In this document: positions 24,283 to 37,519 of the stretch, in pieces
How the letters are laid out: every line of letters begins with the position of its first letter
Position numbering within the stretch: the stretch's first letter is position 1
NCBI GenBank assembly: GCA_951406725.2
Contig: OX597823.1
Span: 36,208,001-36,272,000 of the forward strand
Origin: Octopus vulgaris
Taxonomy: Eukaryota
DNA length: 64,000 nt
Reading direction: 5' to 3'
Program-made: the position numbers and the translations under genes
Notes under the pieces: generated by a model
Database searches by the model: none
What the model saw: the letters and a program-made list of their open reading frames with translations, nothing else
Told to the model about the DNA's origin: nothing

Positions 24283-27170
24283 ATTTTACTGTCTTTGCAC
24301 AGCTTCTAATGCTGGAAATGTACTACAGTATCAGCTGTTCACTACCAGTGAACTAAGGTAACACCCCTTATTTGTTTCTGTTGCTATTATTATTATTATC
24401 ATTATTTTATTGTCTTTGCACAGCTTCTAACACTGGAGATGTACTACAGTGTCAGCTGTTCACTACCAGTGAACTAAGGTAACACCTCTTATTATTCGAG
24501 CAGTTCCAAGCAGTGCTGTTTTCTGCAAGTGCTCCACTCTTATTGCAGCCCCTATTTGTTTAATGTACTTCTCAAGATTTTTACTCACTGTTCCCAGGGC
24601 TGTGACAATTATTGATACTACTACCACCTTTTTCAGTGACCACAACTGCTTAACCTCCCAAGCTAACCTGTCATATCTATCGACTTTTCTTTCTTCCTTA
24701 TCGCATACCCTACATTCATTAGTAATATGCAATACAGTTTCACCATTTTGTTCACAAATTCTGCACTTGTCACTTTTTGATGTGTTGTCTATTCTGTATT
24801 TGATGTACTTGGTTCTGTCTGTGTCACTTTTTGGGTGGAGTATCCCATATCTAGTCAGCAACTTCCTTGTCTTTCTGTCTAAGTTGTTTAGTTCATCTAC
24901 TGTCCATGCGATTACCCCTGCTCCATATCTAAGGAGTGAAACTGCCCAGGTGTTGATAGCTTCAATCTTATTCCATCTGTTTAATTTTGACTTAAAGATC
25001 AGTCTCAGTCTGCGCAAGTACTCCACCTTAAATTTTTCTGTCATTTCTTTCTCCATCAATTTATCCATTTCCAATATTTCCAAGTATTTATAGCCTGTCT
25101 CTCCTATCTGCTTTATAACCTCCCTTGATAGTATCACCCATCCATACATTTCACTTTGCCTCTCTTCAAGACTAACACACCACACTTTTTCAGTTCGAAC
25201 TCCATTCTGATATCAGCACTGAAAGTATACACCATATCAACAAGGGAACTGACTTGGGATTCATCTTTACCATAAAGTTTGAGGTCATCCACAAATAACA
25301 AGTGCTTTGCTTTCCTCAGAATCAGTGTTAGTAACATCATGCATAGTACAAAGATCAATGGGGACAGGCACTCCCCTTTGAAGATGCCTCTCCTGATTTC
25401 TATTATCCCTAAGCTTCTTCTATATGCTGTCAGTTCCATCTTCCACTTCGCCATACTTTTTCCAAGCAATCACTCAATATTCAATGCAATACTAAATAGG
25501 TTCATACATTCCATTATCCAAGAATGTGGGATCATATCGTGCACCTTACGATAACTGATCTATATCATGGTTTAGTTAGTTTTCTTCCTTTTGCAGTCTC
25601 TAAGTACAGTTTTGTCGACCAGGAATTGATCCTTGGTACCTCTGCACTTACATTTGCAACCCTTCTGCTCATGTGGTAGGACTCCATTTTTTTCCAGATG
25701 TCCTTACACTGACTCTGCGACTATTCCAGTCAATAATTTCCCCATAAGTGGCAAGTAGGATATTGGCCTGTAATTGTCTACTGTATTGCCTTTTTCGATG
25801 TTTGTCAAGCACAACACTATCCTACCCATTGTCAACCACTCTAGTGTTACTTGATTAGCATTTAACAAGGTGTTGAGTTGTGCAGCTATTCATGCAGGAC
25901 ATTCACCAAATCTTTTGATCCGGTAGCCTTGAAAATTGCCCATTTTTTTGCTGATTTCCTTCACTTCCCTAACTGGGACAGACTACTGTTTGTCTCAGTT
26001 CTTGTAACCATTCAGCATTTTTCTTGTGCTCCTTGTCTTTGCTCCAGATATCATTCCAAAACCTTTGACTTTTCAATGTTATCTGGTATCAACTTTTCAT
26101 CTGTACACTCTCCATTTATTTCTTTGTTGAATCTCTTCTGATCTACTCTGAATAACCTATTCTTTGGTTGTATCTTACCATCTTTGCAATGAGGCACTGT
26201 TTCAGTTCTTCTATTACCACTTTCAGGCCCTTTCTTTCAATATCATACTTCCTGTATTTTTGTTCACTTTTAAGCTCCCCCTTCTCTTTTCAGTCTAACA
26301 CAGAAATGCCCTTCAATAGCATATCTAACCCTGCCTGTATTCTTTTCCACCATGGATCTTTTCTTCTGTCACTCCCATTATATTTCTTTTTCTTGACATC
26401 AACAGCCACATTTTCTGCTACAACAATACTTATTGCCATGATCAAATCGCTTCTGTGATGATTTTTGCTCTGATGTATTTCAGAATTTCATTCATATTTT
26501 CCATTTCTTGGTTCAATTTCCAACAATCAACCATTTTAAGGTTGGAATTAATGTTGCTATCATTCTCCTGTAGCCTTGCCTTTATTCTGTCGTAGATTGC
26601 CTTTTGCCCATCTGTCATATCACCATTAATTTTATTATCTTCTTCCAAACCATCTATAAGTCTCTCATCGAGCAAGCTATCACTGTTCCTTTCCTGTGGT
26701 TTATTAGAGATTTCACCTCTGTTTTCTGCTATGACATTATTTTTATCAGTAGGAACTGTATTCATTGTTTCTTCTACTGCTATTTTCCAATACTTGTCTT
26801 TTGATAGCCTCGAGCTCTACTTCTGTGAACCAGCAATTTTTTCTTATTGCTCTAGCTTGATCACATAATCATGAGTTGAAACAATACTCTTTCTCTCCAT
26901 TGATCATACATATGTTGTCGGTATCCCCTAATATGAACACCATTTTCGTCTACAGGGTTATTCAGGTAGTAACGCTCCATGACCACCGCATTAACTTGTT
27001 TGTTCCATCTATGCCATGTGTGCTAGCCTCTTGCTGGATAGTGCCTGGCTGGAGTTGAAACCAGTATCTCTGAGCCTGCTGAGTGCAACACTGTCACCAT
27101 CAAGGGCTTCAGTTTCATTACCACTATTTTCACAATATTTTGTTTTTTCATTGTCATTCATATGAGGTAG
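24283..27170 (-). mobile_element. R4/Dong-clade (RLE) non-LTR retrotransposon, decayed, with duplicated 3' end
   Basis: NYRPI, RRGIFKG, LLFVDDLKLYGK, YKYL, AINTWAVSLLRYGAG, LHPKSDTDR, CCHC CRIC..ETVLHITNEC and LQKTALLGTARII, followed by a (TAA)n tail. Confidence 0.88.
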
Positions 27171-27314
27171 CGATTATCAGGTTGCACAATTACCAACCAG
27201 TGTTTTTATTGTGACACCATCATTAGATGTATCATCAATCAGGACATGGGGAGATCCCAATTGCTTCCTTTCATTATTATTATCATCATCACTGATATTA
27301 TTTGTCATTGTTAA

Positions 27315-27665
27315 TATTGGGTTGTCCAGAAAGTTCGTGCTGATTTTTAAAGGAAAGAAAAAGGTCAATAAATACTTGCCATTACATTTTTAATCAACCA
27401 AATATGAACCATTTTGTTGCACAATGCGTCTCTATCTTTCCTTTAACTTGAAAATACCCTCTTCCCAGAATTGAGGTGGTTTCATGGCAAAGAATTCATC
27501 AAGGTATCTTTTTACGTCATCCAAGGAATTGAAATTTTTACCATTAAGACTATTCTGCAAAGACCTAAATAAGTGGAAATCTGAAGGAACAATATCTGGT
27601 GAATATGGAGGATAGGGTAACACATCCCAGTTGAGCTGCAGCAATTTTTGTCTAGTTCCCAAAGC
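27315..27665 (-). mobile_element. Mariner 3' fragment with one TIR
   Basis: WDVLPYPPYSPDIVPSDFHLFRSLQNSL...GIFKLKER. The terminus TATTGGGTTGTCCAGAAAGTT is mariner-TIR-like. Confidence 0.9.
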
Positions 27666-27667
27666 AT

Positions 27668-30290
27668 CAAGTGCCGAAAATGAACTTTCTTATCTTCAAT
27701 TTGGTCAACAATAGGATCATACTTGCTAGTGTGATTGTTCCTTTGCACAAGCAAGGTTCTGGGCTGAGAAGCCATGATGGCATAGATGTTCCTGTAGCTG
27801 AACGTCTTTGATAGTTAAAGAGATATTCATGAGGAGTAGCATTGGTGGACATACAAAGTAGAGAACTGATTGAATGCAGCACGTCTGGAAGAACGGTTTC
27901 CCATGAAGATACTGGAAAGGCATAAGTTTTCAAAGAGAATAGTACTGGTTTCCAAATAGTACCATTATATCTTTCTACATGACTGTTCTCAGTGGGATTG
28001 TATGGTGTTGTCCTACTTGTTGCAATGCCCTTACTAAGGAGTCATTCTCTCAATTTTGTAGACATAAAGGTAGTTCCATGATTGGAATGTACATAACTGA
28101 GCATACCAAAAACTGGAAACAAGTCTGTAAAACATCTTATCACAGTCTGAGCTGATGTGTCAGATACTGGATAACCAAATGGAAACCGAGAGTATTCGTC
28201 AACGGTTGTTAGAAGATTAGGATGCTTCGTGGAAGGAATCAGGCCTTTGAAACTGATTGAAATTCACTTGAATGGCTGCATGGCCTTAATTAAATTAAGA
28301 AAGTTTGGTTTATAATATTGTGGCTTCACTTCTTGACATACAGAGCAATTCCTACAAATTTGTTTCACGTTCTCCAACGAATATGGAAGATTTTTATTGC
28401 GGACGAAATGATGAAGGCGTACTACACCAGGATGGCACAATGTTGCATGTAACTAATGAAGTGAACATGAACTGTTTGCTGAACAGAGTACCCTTATGAA
28501 TGCATCCGGAACGATATTACTGAATCTTGGGTGATAGTGAATATCATATGGGTATGGAGATAATGCAATGCGCCATCTCGTAATTTTATCATTTTTAATT
28601 TTGCTCGTCACTTTATAATTATGCATGAATGCAATAGGACATTGATCAGTAATTAATGTGAAATGTCTACCTAGAAGAAAATGTCTCCAATGATGAATTA
28701 ATTCAATAATTGCTTGGGCTTCCTTTTCAACAGAGGAGTGGTGCTGTTTGCTACCTTGTAGCATGCGAGAATGGAATGCAACTGGTTTTCCATCTTGATT
28801 TAGTGTTGGAGATATAGCAAAATCCGAAGCATCCGTCTCAACAGTAAATAAGAATGTTCTCATCTACTATTTGAATGGCAGCATTAGCTAGTTCTATCTT
28901 CGATAACTCAAATGCTTTTACTTGTTGGCTATTTAGAGGAAATTTTGATACGTTATTGAAAGGATATATTTTGTCAGAAAATTTGGAGATCCACTTAGTA
29001 TAAGAAAACAAACTGACTATATGTTTTAATGATTTCTGGTTGGTTGGTGTAGGAAGACTGAGGAGTGGAGCAAGCCTTTCTGGGTCAGGGCTGAGAGTAT
29101 TGTGTGAGATACAGTATCCAAGAAAGACTAGAGTTGTTGTTGAGTAAATGCATTTCTTTTCATTCACGGTGAGCCCCTCACTTTTTGCTGCTACTTCACA
29201 TTTTTCTAAATTCTTATCATGGTCATTTTGATCTTTCCCACATATAGTTAAATTGTCTATGAATGGGAATGTATCTCGCAGCTTGTATTTACTCACAAAG
29301 TCATCCATTATATGTTGGAAACATGCACTGCCATTAGTTACTCTGAATGGCATCCTGCCATTAGTTACTCTGACTGCCATAATTTACTGTCAGCTTTAAA
29401 GGCAGTGAATTGATCTTTCTCTGATAGAGGAATTTGATGGTATACTGAACATAAGTCTATAGTACTGTAGACCTTATACTTAGCGATGGTGTTTACTAAC
29501 TCATCGATTTTAGGAATAAGGTAGGCATTAAGCTGTGTATGTGTTAATTGTCTCTGAATAGTCAATCACCATTCTTCGCCTTTTTCTCTTGAACAACTAG
29601 CACTTGTGATCTCCAAGGGGAGTTACTGGGTTCAATAATGTTCACTTCTGCCAGGTAGCATATTTCTATCTTGAATAGCCACAAAACCAACATTGAGAGG
29701 GTTTTCTTTTTTGGTTCACAGCAGAGTGTTCTTCTTCTGGTTTTGAGTAATCAATTGGCTTGGCTACGATGGGTGCTGTTGGACTGAAGTTGGCACACTC
29801 AAAGTTTGAAAAGACACTGGAATCCTGTTACACCACATCAAGTGAACGTGCTTGATCATAAGCTGTACTGAGGTCAACACTTTTGCTTTCTAATAGTCTT
29901 TGTCTTATCTGATTCAAAATGAGCTCATTTATAAATGCATCTCGAATCATTTCAGATCAGTACTGCTCAGCATTCACTGCAACAAAGTCATAGTCTTTCG
30001 CTAGTATTTTGAGTTCATGTAAGTACTGGTTTAGAGATTCTCTGGGTTTCTGTTTTCTTGTGGCCAAAAGATGGCATGTCATTATGATGTTCTTAGGTTT
30101 AATAGACACACTCTTTAGTGTATTTACAGCTTGTTCATAGTTCTTAACTTCACTAATGTATTTGTATACATTTCGGTTCTACATAATTAATCAAAAGATT
30201 GAGGTTATCGATAATTCTACCTTCCTGCCCTGGTAGTGAATCTATAAAGTTGGTGAAAGTTCTAAACCAATGATTAAGTCTTGTCAACAT
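27668..30290 (-). mobile_element. Ty3/Gypsy LTR retrotransposon internal region (gag, RT, RNase H, integrase), decayed, no LTRs seen
   Basis: gag RDAFI...IRQRLLE. RT STIDL.SVYHQIP, RMPF..TNGSACFQ and FIDN. RNase H VETDASD...EKEAQAI...ITDQ. Integrase VDEYSRFPF. The RT-RH-INT order indicates Gypsy. Confidence 0.9.
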
Positions 30291-30294
30291 TTGA

Positions 30295-30852
30295 AGAGAC
30301 TGTGCTGGTTTGATCACATGATTCAGATAGATGAGGACAGTTGCATAAGCAAGTGCTGACCACTTAAAGTAGAGGGAGATTGCGGAAGAGGGAGATCCAG
30401 GAAAATATGGGATGAAGTACTGAAGGCTGATCTCAAAACACTGAGCCTTACAAAGGAGATGACAGAGGACCAAAGTATGTGGCACACTGTTGTATTCAAG
30501 AAAACCTGCCCACCACAACAGAACTGATATCCTAAAATCAAGGTACCACATAAAGAGCATTGGTGTTGGTACTGGTGTCACATAAAAAACATTAGTGCTG
30601 GGGTCATGTAAACAGCACTAGTGATAGTGCCATGTAAAAAGCACTGGTGTTGGCGCAACATAAGAGTATTGGTGAAGGTGCCACATAAAAAGGACCCAGT
30701 ACACTCTGTAAAGTGGTTCACATTAGGAAGGGCATCCAGCAGTAGCAACCAAGCTGAAACAGCCTATAGAACTTGGTGAGGCCCCTGACCTTGCCAGTTC
30801 CTGTCAAGCTGAAACCCATTCCAGCATGGAAAAATGGACACTAAATGATGAT
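30295..30852 (+). mobile_element. RTE LINE 3' end
   Basis: RLCWFDH...RGRSRKIWDEV, a 3' UTR with short degenerate tandem units, and the tail aaatgatgat. Confidence 0.8.
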
Positions 30853-31807
30853 AGGCTTTATTTCTTTTATCTCCTTTTTTGTCTTCCCTAACTAAAGGCA
30901 TTGTCCAGTTTTCTTACTCTACTCTATGTTGCCTGAGATACACCAACACGTCATATGTGTGTTTGCGTATGTTGATAAGTGAGGGGTGACACTTGATAAT
31001 GTAGTTCAATACAACACTACAAAAACTGAAGATAGTGACAGCAGAAATGGCTTTGATTATAGATCTGCTGGGTCTAGGTTGACTTGGGGCTAAGCAACAA
31101 CATAAGCAGTTGTTGTTTTAGTGATATTCCCTGCAACCACTCCTCACAGTTAACTTTAATGTTTGTGACCTAATAAATAATAATCTGAAAACGAAAACAA
31201 AAGCCATAAGAAGTAGTATAGTGATAACTTTGGCCTCTACTTTCTCTCCTCAGCACCATTCCAGTCATAGAAAATACTGCTTTGTTTATTTTTCTTAATA
31301 TAATCAAATTACAATTTCCATGGCAAGACAGACTTGATTCTGCAAGAAGGAGGCCACAGTTAAAAGTTGTGAACATGATAGCCTTAAATTTACTCCCTGT
31401 AAATTCAACTGAAAAGTGGGTTAGTTTGGAATTTTGGGGTGATGGGTGTTGTTTCGAAAGTAACATGTAACATTTTATATGTATGAGTGCCTATGTGTAT
31501 ACAACTATATGTATACACACATGATTGACAGTAAAGAAGTTTGCCTTGTAATCATGAGGAGCTACATTTAATGTTACCACAAATCCCCTCTACAGTTAGA
31601 GTCTTCTACCATAAACGCAGGCCAACTAAAGCATTGTGACTGAAGTTGGTCAAACTGGAATTTTACTGAAATCTGTAGCATTATCTAATAATGACCCAAC
31701 TCTGCCATATAGTATCATGGTAATTCTCATTGAATATCAAATTAACTGTACAAGAATCTACAGAATACAGAATAATTTAACAAACTGTTTAAAATGGTGG
31801 TAATTAA

Positions 31808-32026
31808 CCCTTTAATATTTTAACTGGCCATATTCAGCTAAAATATTCTACCTACTTTATCTTCGAACCAGCTAGATCTGGCCTCTCACACCTACTCTAC
31901 AATGTCATTTTAAAAATGAAGAACCACATCATTGAAATCTCAAAGCTATGAGATAGTGCATAGATATTCAAAACAATCCAAATAAATAAGCATTACATCT
32001 GACAAAGTAATTTGAATGCTAAAGGG
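31808..32026. mobile_element. piggyBac-type MITE (~220 bp)
   Basis: TTAA|CCCTTTAATATT ... AATGCTAAAGGG|TCAA, i.e. CCC/GGG termini with a TTAA-like TSD. Confidence 0.65.
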
Positions 32027-33308
32027 TCAAAACATTTTCAGAATTAAATATTTCAATAAATTAAAGTGATACATCGTTAATATATTGTGTGATATAAAAA
32101 TGACATGTAAAAAAATTCTTTTCTTCATATAGATGTGTGTGTATGTAAGGTGTATATAATTGTTTCCAAATATCTTTTACATACTGGAAGTGATTGGTTT
32201 CATTATCACTGATCAATGTCGGTCTTCCATGCAGGAATGGGTTGGATAGTTTAACAGGATCCAACAAGCCAAACAACTACATCAAACTTCAGTGTCTGCT
32301 TTGGCAGGATTTCTATAGCTAGATACCATTTCTAACACCAAACAAACAATGTACAGAGTCTACTGGGTCCTTTTTGCAAAGCACTGGCACAAATAAAAGT
32401 CACCAGGTTGCTTGCAAGACATAGAAAGAGAAAAAGAAACCTTTTAGCGGGAAATGGTTTTATGCCAGGTGTTGAGAGTACAGGCATAGGTAACCTTTTT
32501 CAAGAAATGGGCCACATGGGTCATAGCACATCTTGCTAAAAAAATTCAAGGTAATTTTCCATTAGGCATATCATTCAGAAAATCCTATGGGCTGCAACCT
32601 GCAGTTTGCCCATGACTGGTCTAAAGCATGACAGAGGGTCAGGTATAGGTATCTTGCTATGGTTGGATGATGGCAGGGGGAATTAATGTTTCTCACTTTC
32701 AGCAAAACATAAAATGGATGATGATGACATCATTTCCAATATACATTGGAATATTGTTAAATAAATGACACCTATTTTGCTCAATCACTATGTCCATTTA
32801 CTTATGTCAACGATCTTAGATTGGATGGATGAAGTAAATAATTGACAAGGGTAGAGAGGTGAGCTATGATACATGAATTTAAGGAAAAGTATGGGAGAAC
32901 AGTATAGAAAGTGGTGAAAAGCTGCAGAACAGTAATAAAGATACACAAGGGAGGAGAAGGATGAGAAAATGAGAAAAGAATTATTGAAAAATAAGTTGCA
33001 TGAGTGTGAGGGGAAAGACAGTCATAGTGCATAGGGAGAATGAGAAATGTATGGTGGTGACATTTAAGGATGATCAATGTGAAATATGAGTGGAGAGGGA
33101 AAATGTAAGGAATGAAAAATGGATGTCAAATGAAATGGCTCAAAGTCGTGAGGAAGATAACTGATATCATAGGAAAAGATGATGAAATATGCAGTCTTGT
33201 CCTCAATTACAGCAGCAGAATATTGCAGTTAGGCAAGGTCAGTGATAAAGATAATGGGTAGTGGGGAAAGCTTGATGAGGAAATTGAACAAGGAGCCCAG
33301 TTATGCAA

Positions 33309-33342
<34 letters not shown>

Positions 33343-33399
33343 TGCGCTTCTAGATCTTCATTTTTAGTAAGACAGGTGAATATTCTCAAGTATCAAATA

Positions 33400-34000
33400 T
33401 CATCAGTCATCCCAGTCCTTTTGTCATCACCTCTGTGAAGTTAAAAACTCCATGATCTGACCTTCTTTATACAACTGTCCTCATCCATACACACCATATG
33501 TTTTTACAATCTGCTTTTCATTCTGAAAATAAAACCTTTTGTTACCAACAGAGGTAATAGCTCTTTCTCAAGCCTGTTCTTATTCTAACAACTGTACTTT
33601 CAATACATACACATTCACTATTAATTAGGTCATCTAGCTAAGAGAAGCTATTTACTACTTGTATGGAACCTACAAGACTTTGTGAGCATTTGACAAAGTT
33701 TATTTCCCATGTGTTCTTAGTGCTTATTGCTTCTGAGCATCTGCCACATACAAAGTGTAATCTCTGTTTATCTTCCACTGTATCTCTTGTAAGTTCATAG
33801 TTTGCATTGGGTACATCATATGGAATTCATAACAGCTCCTTTTCTATATGTTGAGCGAGACCATTTCCCTGATGGAGGCAGAGTTCTGTTTCTTTTCCTA
33901 CTCACTAAAACTTTGTTAACTATGTTAACTTTGAGTCCATTTGTGATTCCTAGTTTTGCTTCCACACCTAGAATTTCTTTTCTAATTGTTCCACAGTTTC
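33400..34000 (-). mobile_element. Degraded RTE LINE fragment
   Basis: GLKVNIVNKVLVSRK...SGKWS..YRKGAVMNSI*CTQC and LLPLLVTKG, same family as 17590-18565. Confidence 0.7.
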
Positions 34001-34029
34001 AGTTATAAGAACAAGGTCATCAATATAAA

Positions 34030-36050
34030 GGGCAAAGGAAACAAGTTTTAAACTTCTCTGTAATAGGGGATTGTTTGGCAGAATGTTGAACAGTTGTGGA
34101 TCCTTGAAACCCAAGCTGTTATAAGTACTGGGTCCTGATTCAAGATAGAGAAGATGTGATCTTTGGTAGTATACAGTGCTGTCCTGTTCAGTGGTTAGTA
34201 TAGCCTACAGTTCCAAAGTTGGGAGCCAGACCTCCCAGGATCTCCCATATCTATATCACTGTATATCTTTCGTGCCTTTTCTCAAGGGAGTAGAGTACCT
34301 CTCCCAGTAGCTCATCTGTTTCACCAAGTCAGTCTTCTTTGTGTAGTGGTGCTGGATTGCCTCAAGTTCTGACACCAGTTTGATGCTCTGCAGTGACCAC
34401 AGTTGAGAGCAGTAATCCAGACAACTGAAAACAAAAATTCTCCATAGGAGTAGCAAGGTATTGTTTTTTCATGGTTCTGAATGATCTCAGAATCCATCCA
34501 ATTACTCACTTGCAAAGTGTTGCCATCTTGGTAATACGCACATGGAATGTTGCATCATTACTTGTATGGATTCCTAGGTCATGCACCAACTGATTCTGGG
34601 ATTGCACTATCCCCTGGTCCTGTGTATTCTGATTGTATTCTCTTTGTGGGCCAATAGTGGAGTGCTTGAAACTTCTCAGAATTGAACTGCATGTTATTTT
34701 CACCAGCCCATTTGTATATTGCAAACAAATCATTTTGCAGTTTTAGTATGTTATCAGGGTCCTTGACTACCTGTGATACTTTTATATCACATGTGGTGGT
34801 TCCCTCAAACATGAATGCCTGACGTCATGTCTGAGAGAGTCACTACAAACAGTAACGGTCCCACTATAGTTCTTAGAGGGATTCTGCAGTGAACTAATGC
34901 CTCTCCCAGAGACAGTTCACTGATAGTGCCATTGATTGCAACTATCTGACTTCTGCCTTTTAAAAAGTCATGCAGCCACTCTTCCAGTTTTCCAGTGATA
35001 CTAAAGTCACACAGTTTGTGACTTATCACCCTATTATCAACTTTGTCAAAGACTGACAAAGTTGAGATATATCAAATATCCACATTTCAGTAGTTGAACT
35101 GTTGTTTCAGTACCCAGTCGTAATGCTGTAGTAGCTGTGTGAAGCAGCTTCTTCCTGGACAGAAGCCATGTTGTATATTTGTGAGCAAGTTATTCTCTTC
35201 CTGGAACGTGATCAGTCTCCTTCCGACAATGCATTTCATGACCTTGCTAACATGTGATGTCAGAAAGATAAGCCTGTAATTTTTAGCACCTGCTCTGCTT
35301 CCTCTTTTACGGACAGGGTATATTATACCCTCATTTAACAATTTGGTCAATTTAGCACATGCAAAGAAACTCTGTAAAAGCATCTGAAGTAGTGAGAGCT
35401 CTCTTCCATGCCTTTAAAAGAACATGTTGGAAATCCATCTGGGCCCATTGCTGAGTTCCAGTTCATCTCATCAACAGCCAATATTACATCTTTCTCTTTT
35501 ATGTCGATGTAATTGATGGTTGCCTCTTTCCCACATAGATCTGCAGTGTTGAATAGCTTATGAGTCTTGCTTATTTGCATGTTTCCCCTAGAGAGGTGAA
35601 GACACTTTTAAATTGTTCATTTAACACTTTACTTATCTTCGTGGGGTCTACAATTAGTGAGCCATCACCTTCAAACAGTGACACTATCTTGTAGTGCACT
35701 GAGACAGATTCTTTTGCAAACTTGTAGAAGGCTTTAGGATTCATTTTTATATTTTCCACCATCCTGGTTTCTTTCTACCCTTACCTTTTATGGGAGAGTT
35801 TGAGTTTATCTCTAAAAGTGCCTCTTTGAGGAGGGATTTCTTGCTGTCATTATGTCATCTTTTTAAGCAATTAGAGATCTTTATTCTCCATCTCATACAG
35901 ACGCTCCTGTCTCGAGGAACAATATTTTTGCATGCAGTCGCTCTCTTTTACTGGACAAATTTAATGCAAATGGCTTGCATTAATGACATTAATTTTTTTA
36001 AGTTTCATATAAATGTCTTGCATAGAGAAACTTGTAAGCAAATTTTGCTG
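34030..36050 (-). mobile_element. CR1/L2-group LINE ORF2 fragment
   Basis: NPKAFYK, SAMGPDG, NYRLIFLTSHVSKVM, QHGFCPGRSC, FDKVD, GPLLF, LQNDL...NNMQFNSEKF and LDYCSQLWS. Confidence 0.85.
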
Positions 36051-36054
36051 GAGT

Positions 36055-36365
36055 ATCATCATCATCCTCATTTAACATCTACCTTCCATGCTGGCATGGG
36101 TTAGACACTTTGACAGGAACTGACCAGGCAGAAGACTGCACTACAACTGACGTCTGGTGCAGTTTTTTCAACTGGATGCCCTTTCTAATACCAACCACTC
36201 CACATAGAGGACTCAGTGCTTTTTACGTGACACCAGCACAGGGGAGATCAGTTTTGGCATGATTTTTACAACTGGATGCCCTTCCAAATGCCAACCTGTT
36301 TACAGCGTGGACTGGATGCTGTTTATGTGGCACCAGCACAGGTAGGGTCACCAAATAACTTGAAA
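36055..36365 (-). mobile_element. RTE 3'-UTR fragment
   Basis: (CAT)n + ttaacatc...ttccatgctggcatgggtt...ctggatgccc, shared with other RTE 3' ends. Confidence 0.65.
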
Positions 36366-36469
36366 GATAAAGATCCTTTGAGAGGGCATTAGAGGAGATG
36401 ATTTTGTATGTTTTTCAATTGACTTCCAATCTGCCTATGTGTATGTGTGTGTAAAAAATATATATATAC

Positions 36470-36473
36470 ATAT

Positions 36474-36524
<51 letters not shown>

Positions 36525-36787
36525 CATACATACATACATACATACACACAAAATTATATGTATACATATATCTATATAAAATCTATCAGCTACCAATTTC
36601 CCTCACAAGGCCTTGGCCTGAAGCTATAGTAGAAGGCATTTACCCAAGGTTCCATGCAGTGGGACTGAACCCATGACCACATGGTTAAGGAAGCAAGTTT
36701 CTTAACTACAGAGTAATGTCTGCACCTTATATATGTGTATGTGTGCGCGCATACATACACCAACACACACATAGAATGAGAGAAAAA

Positions 36788-36827
<40 letters not shown>

Positions 36828-37171
36828 ACATACATACATAGTGATATAACAGAGACAATTATGTTGTGTTTGAGATATATTTCTTGATATTTGTGTTCCT
36901 GTATCTGTCTGTCTGTGTATCTGTACGCGCGCGTGCATACATATCGTGTTGTATACGTTATACAGTAATTTATACAAATATGTGCATATAAATTTCAGTG
37001 GTGTATACATGTGCATGCGTATGTATTGTATGGTAATATATACAAGCCCTATATTGTAGTAGAATATATACCTATATATAATGCAAGAGAAACGTATGTT
37101 ATATATAATATCGAGAAAACATAGATAGATAGAGAGATAGATAGCTAGATAGATAGATAGATATATAGATG

Positions 37172-37216
<45 letters not shown>

Positions 37217-37240
37217 AAGATAGATAGATATAGATATGTA
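36470..37240. repeat. Microsatellite cluster (TA)n, (TACA)n, (AGAT)n with a SINE A 5' fragment (36590-36712, minus)
   Basis: Simple repeats are directly visible. Confidence 0.9.
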
Positions 37241-37318
37241 TACTGTATAGACATGGAATAATATGTATATAAGTACATGTAGGTGCGTGTGCCTACAGGC
37301 ATACACATTGTTTCTTAC

Positions 37319-37519
37319 CTTATCCGAGTTCAAATCCGGCTCGTCCTGTATTAACCGGTACAAGAATGACTTCTGATCGCGACATAATGTCGTTCGAGTG
37401 GTCATAAATATTGTTCCACCAACATTTAATTTCACCCACTCGTTCTTGCGACATCGAGCGGGTTGTTGTTTGCTTGTATTACTGGAGCAGTCTTTCGCAA
37501 CTGATTCGTTCGTCGCCAT
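37319..37519 (-). CDS. KCTD5: KCTD2/5/17-family BTB/POZ protein (Drosophila insomniac-like), coding exon 1
   Basis: aagATGGCG start context. Translates as [67 protein letters not shown]|GTAAGA (201 nt). WVxLNVGG..F.TTR.TL is the KCTD BTB signature. An invertebrate gene is co-orthologous to KCTD2/5/17, so the symbol is nominal. Confidence 0.95.

Larger units (their letters stand above)
5513..37318 (-). other. Intron 1 of the KCTD gene (31,806 bp, TE-filled)
   Basis: GT at 37318-37317 and AG at 5514-5513. The joined exons give the contiguous BTB sequence ...PDLNSDK|[12 protein letters not shown]... Confidence 0.88.
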
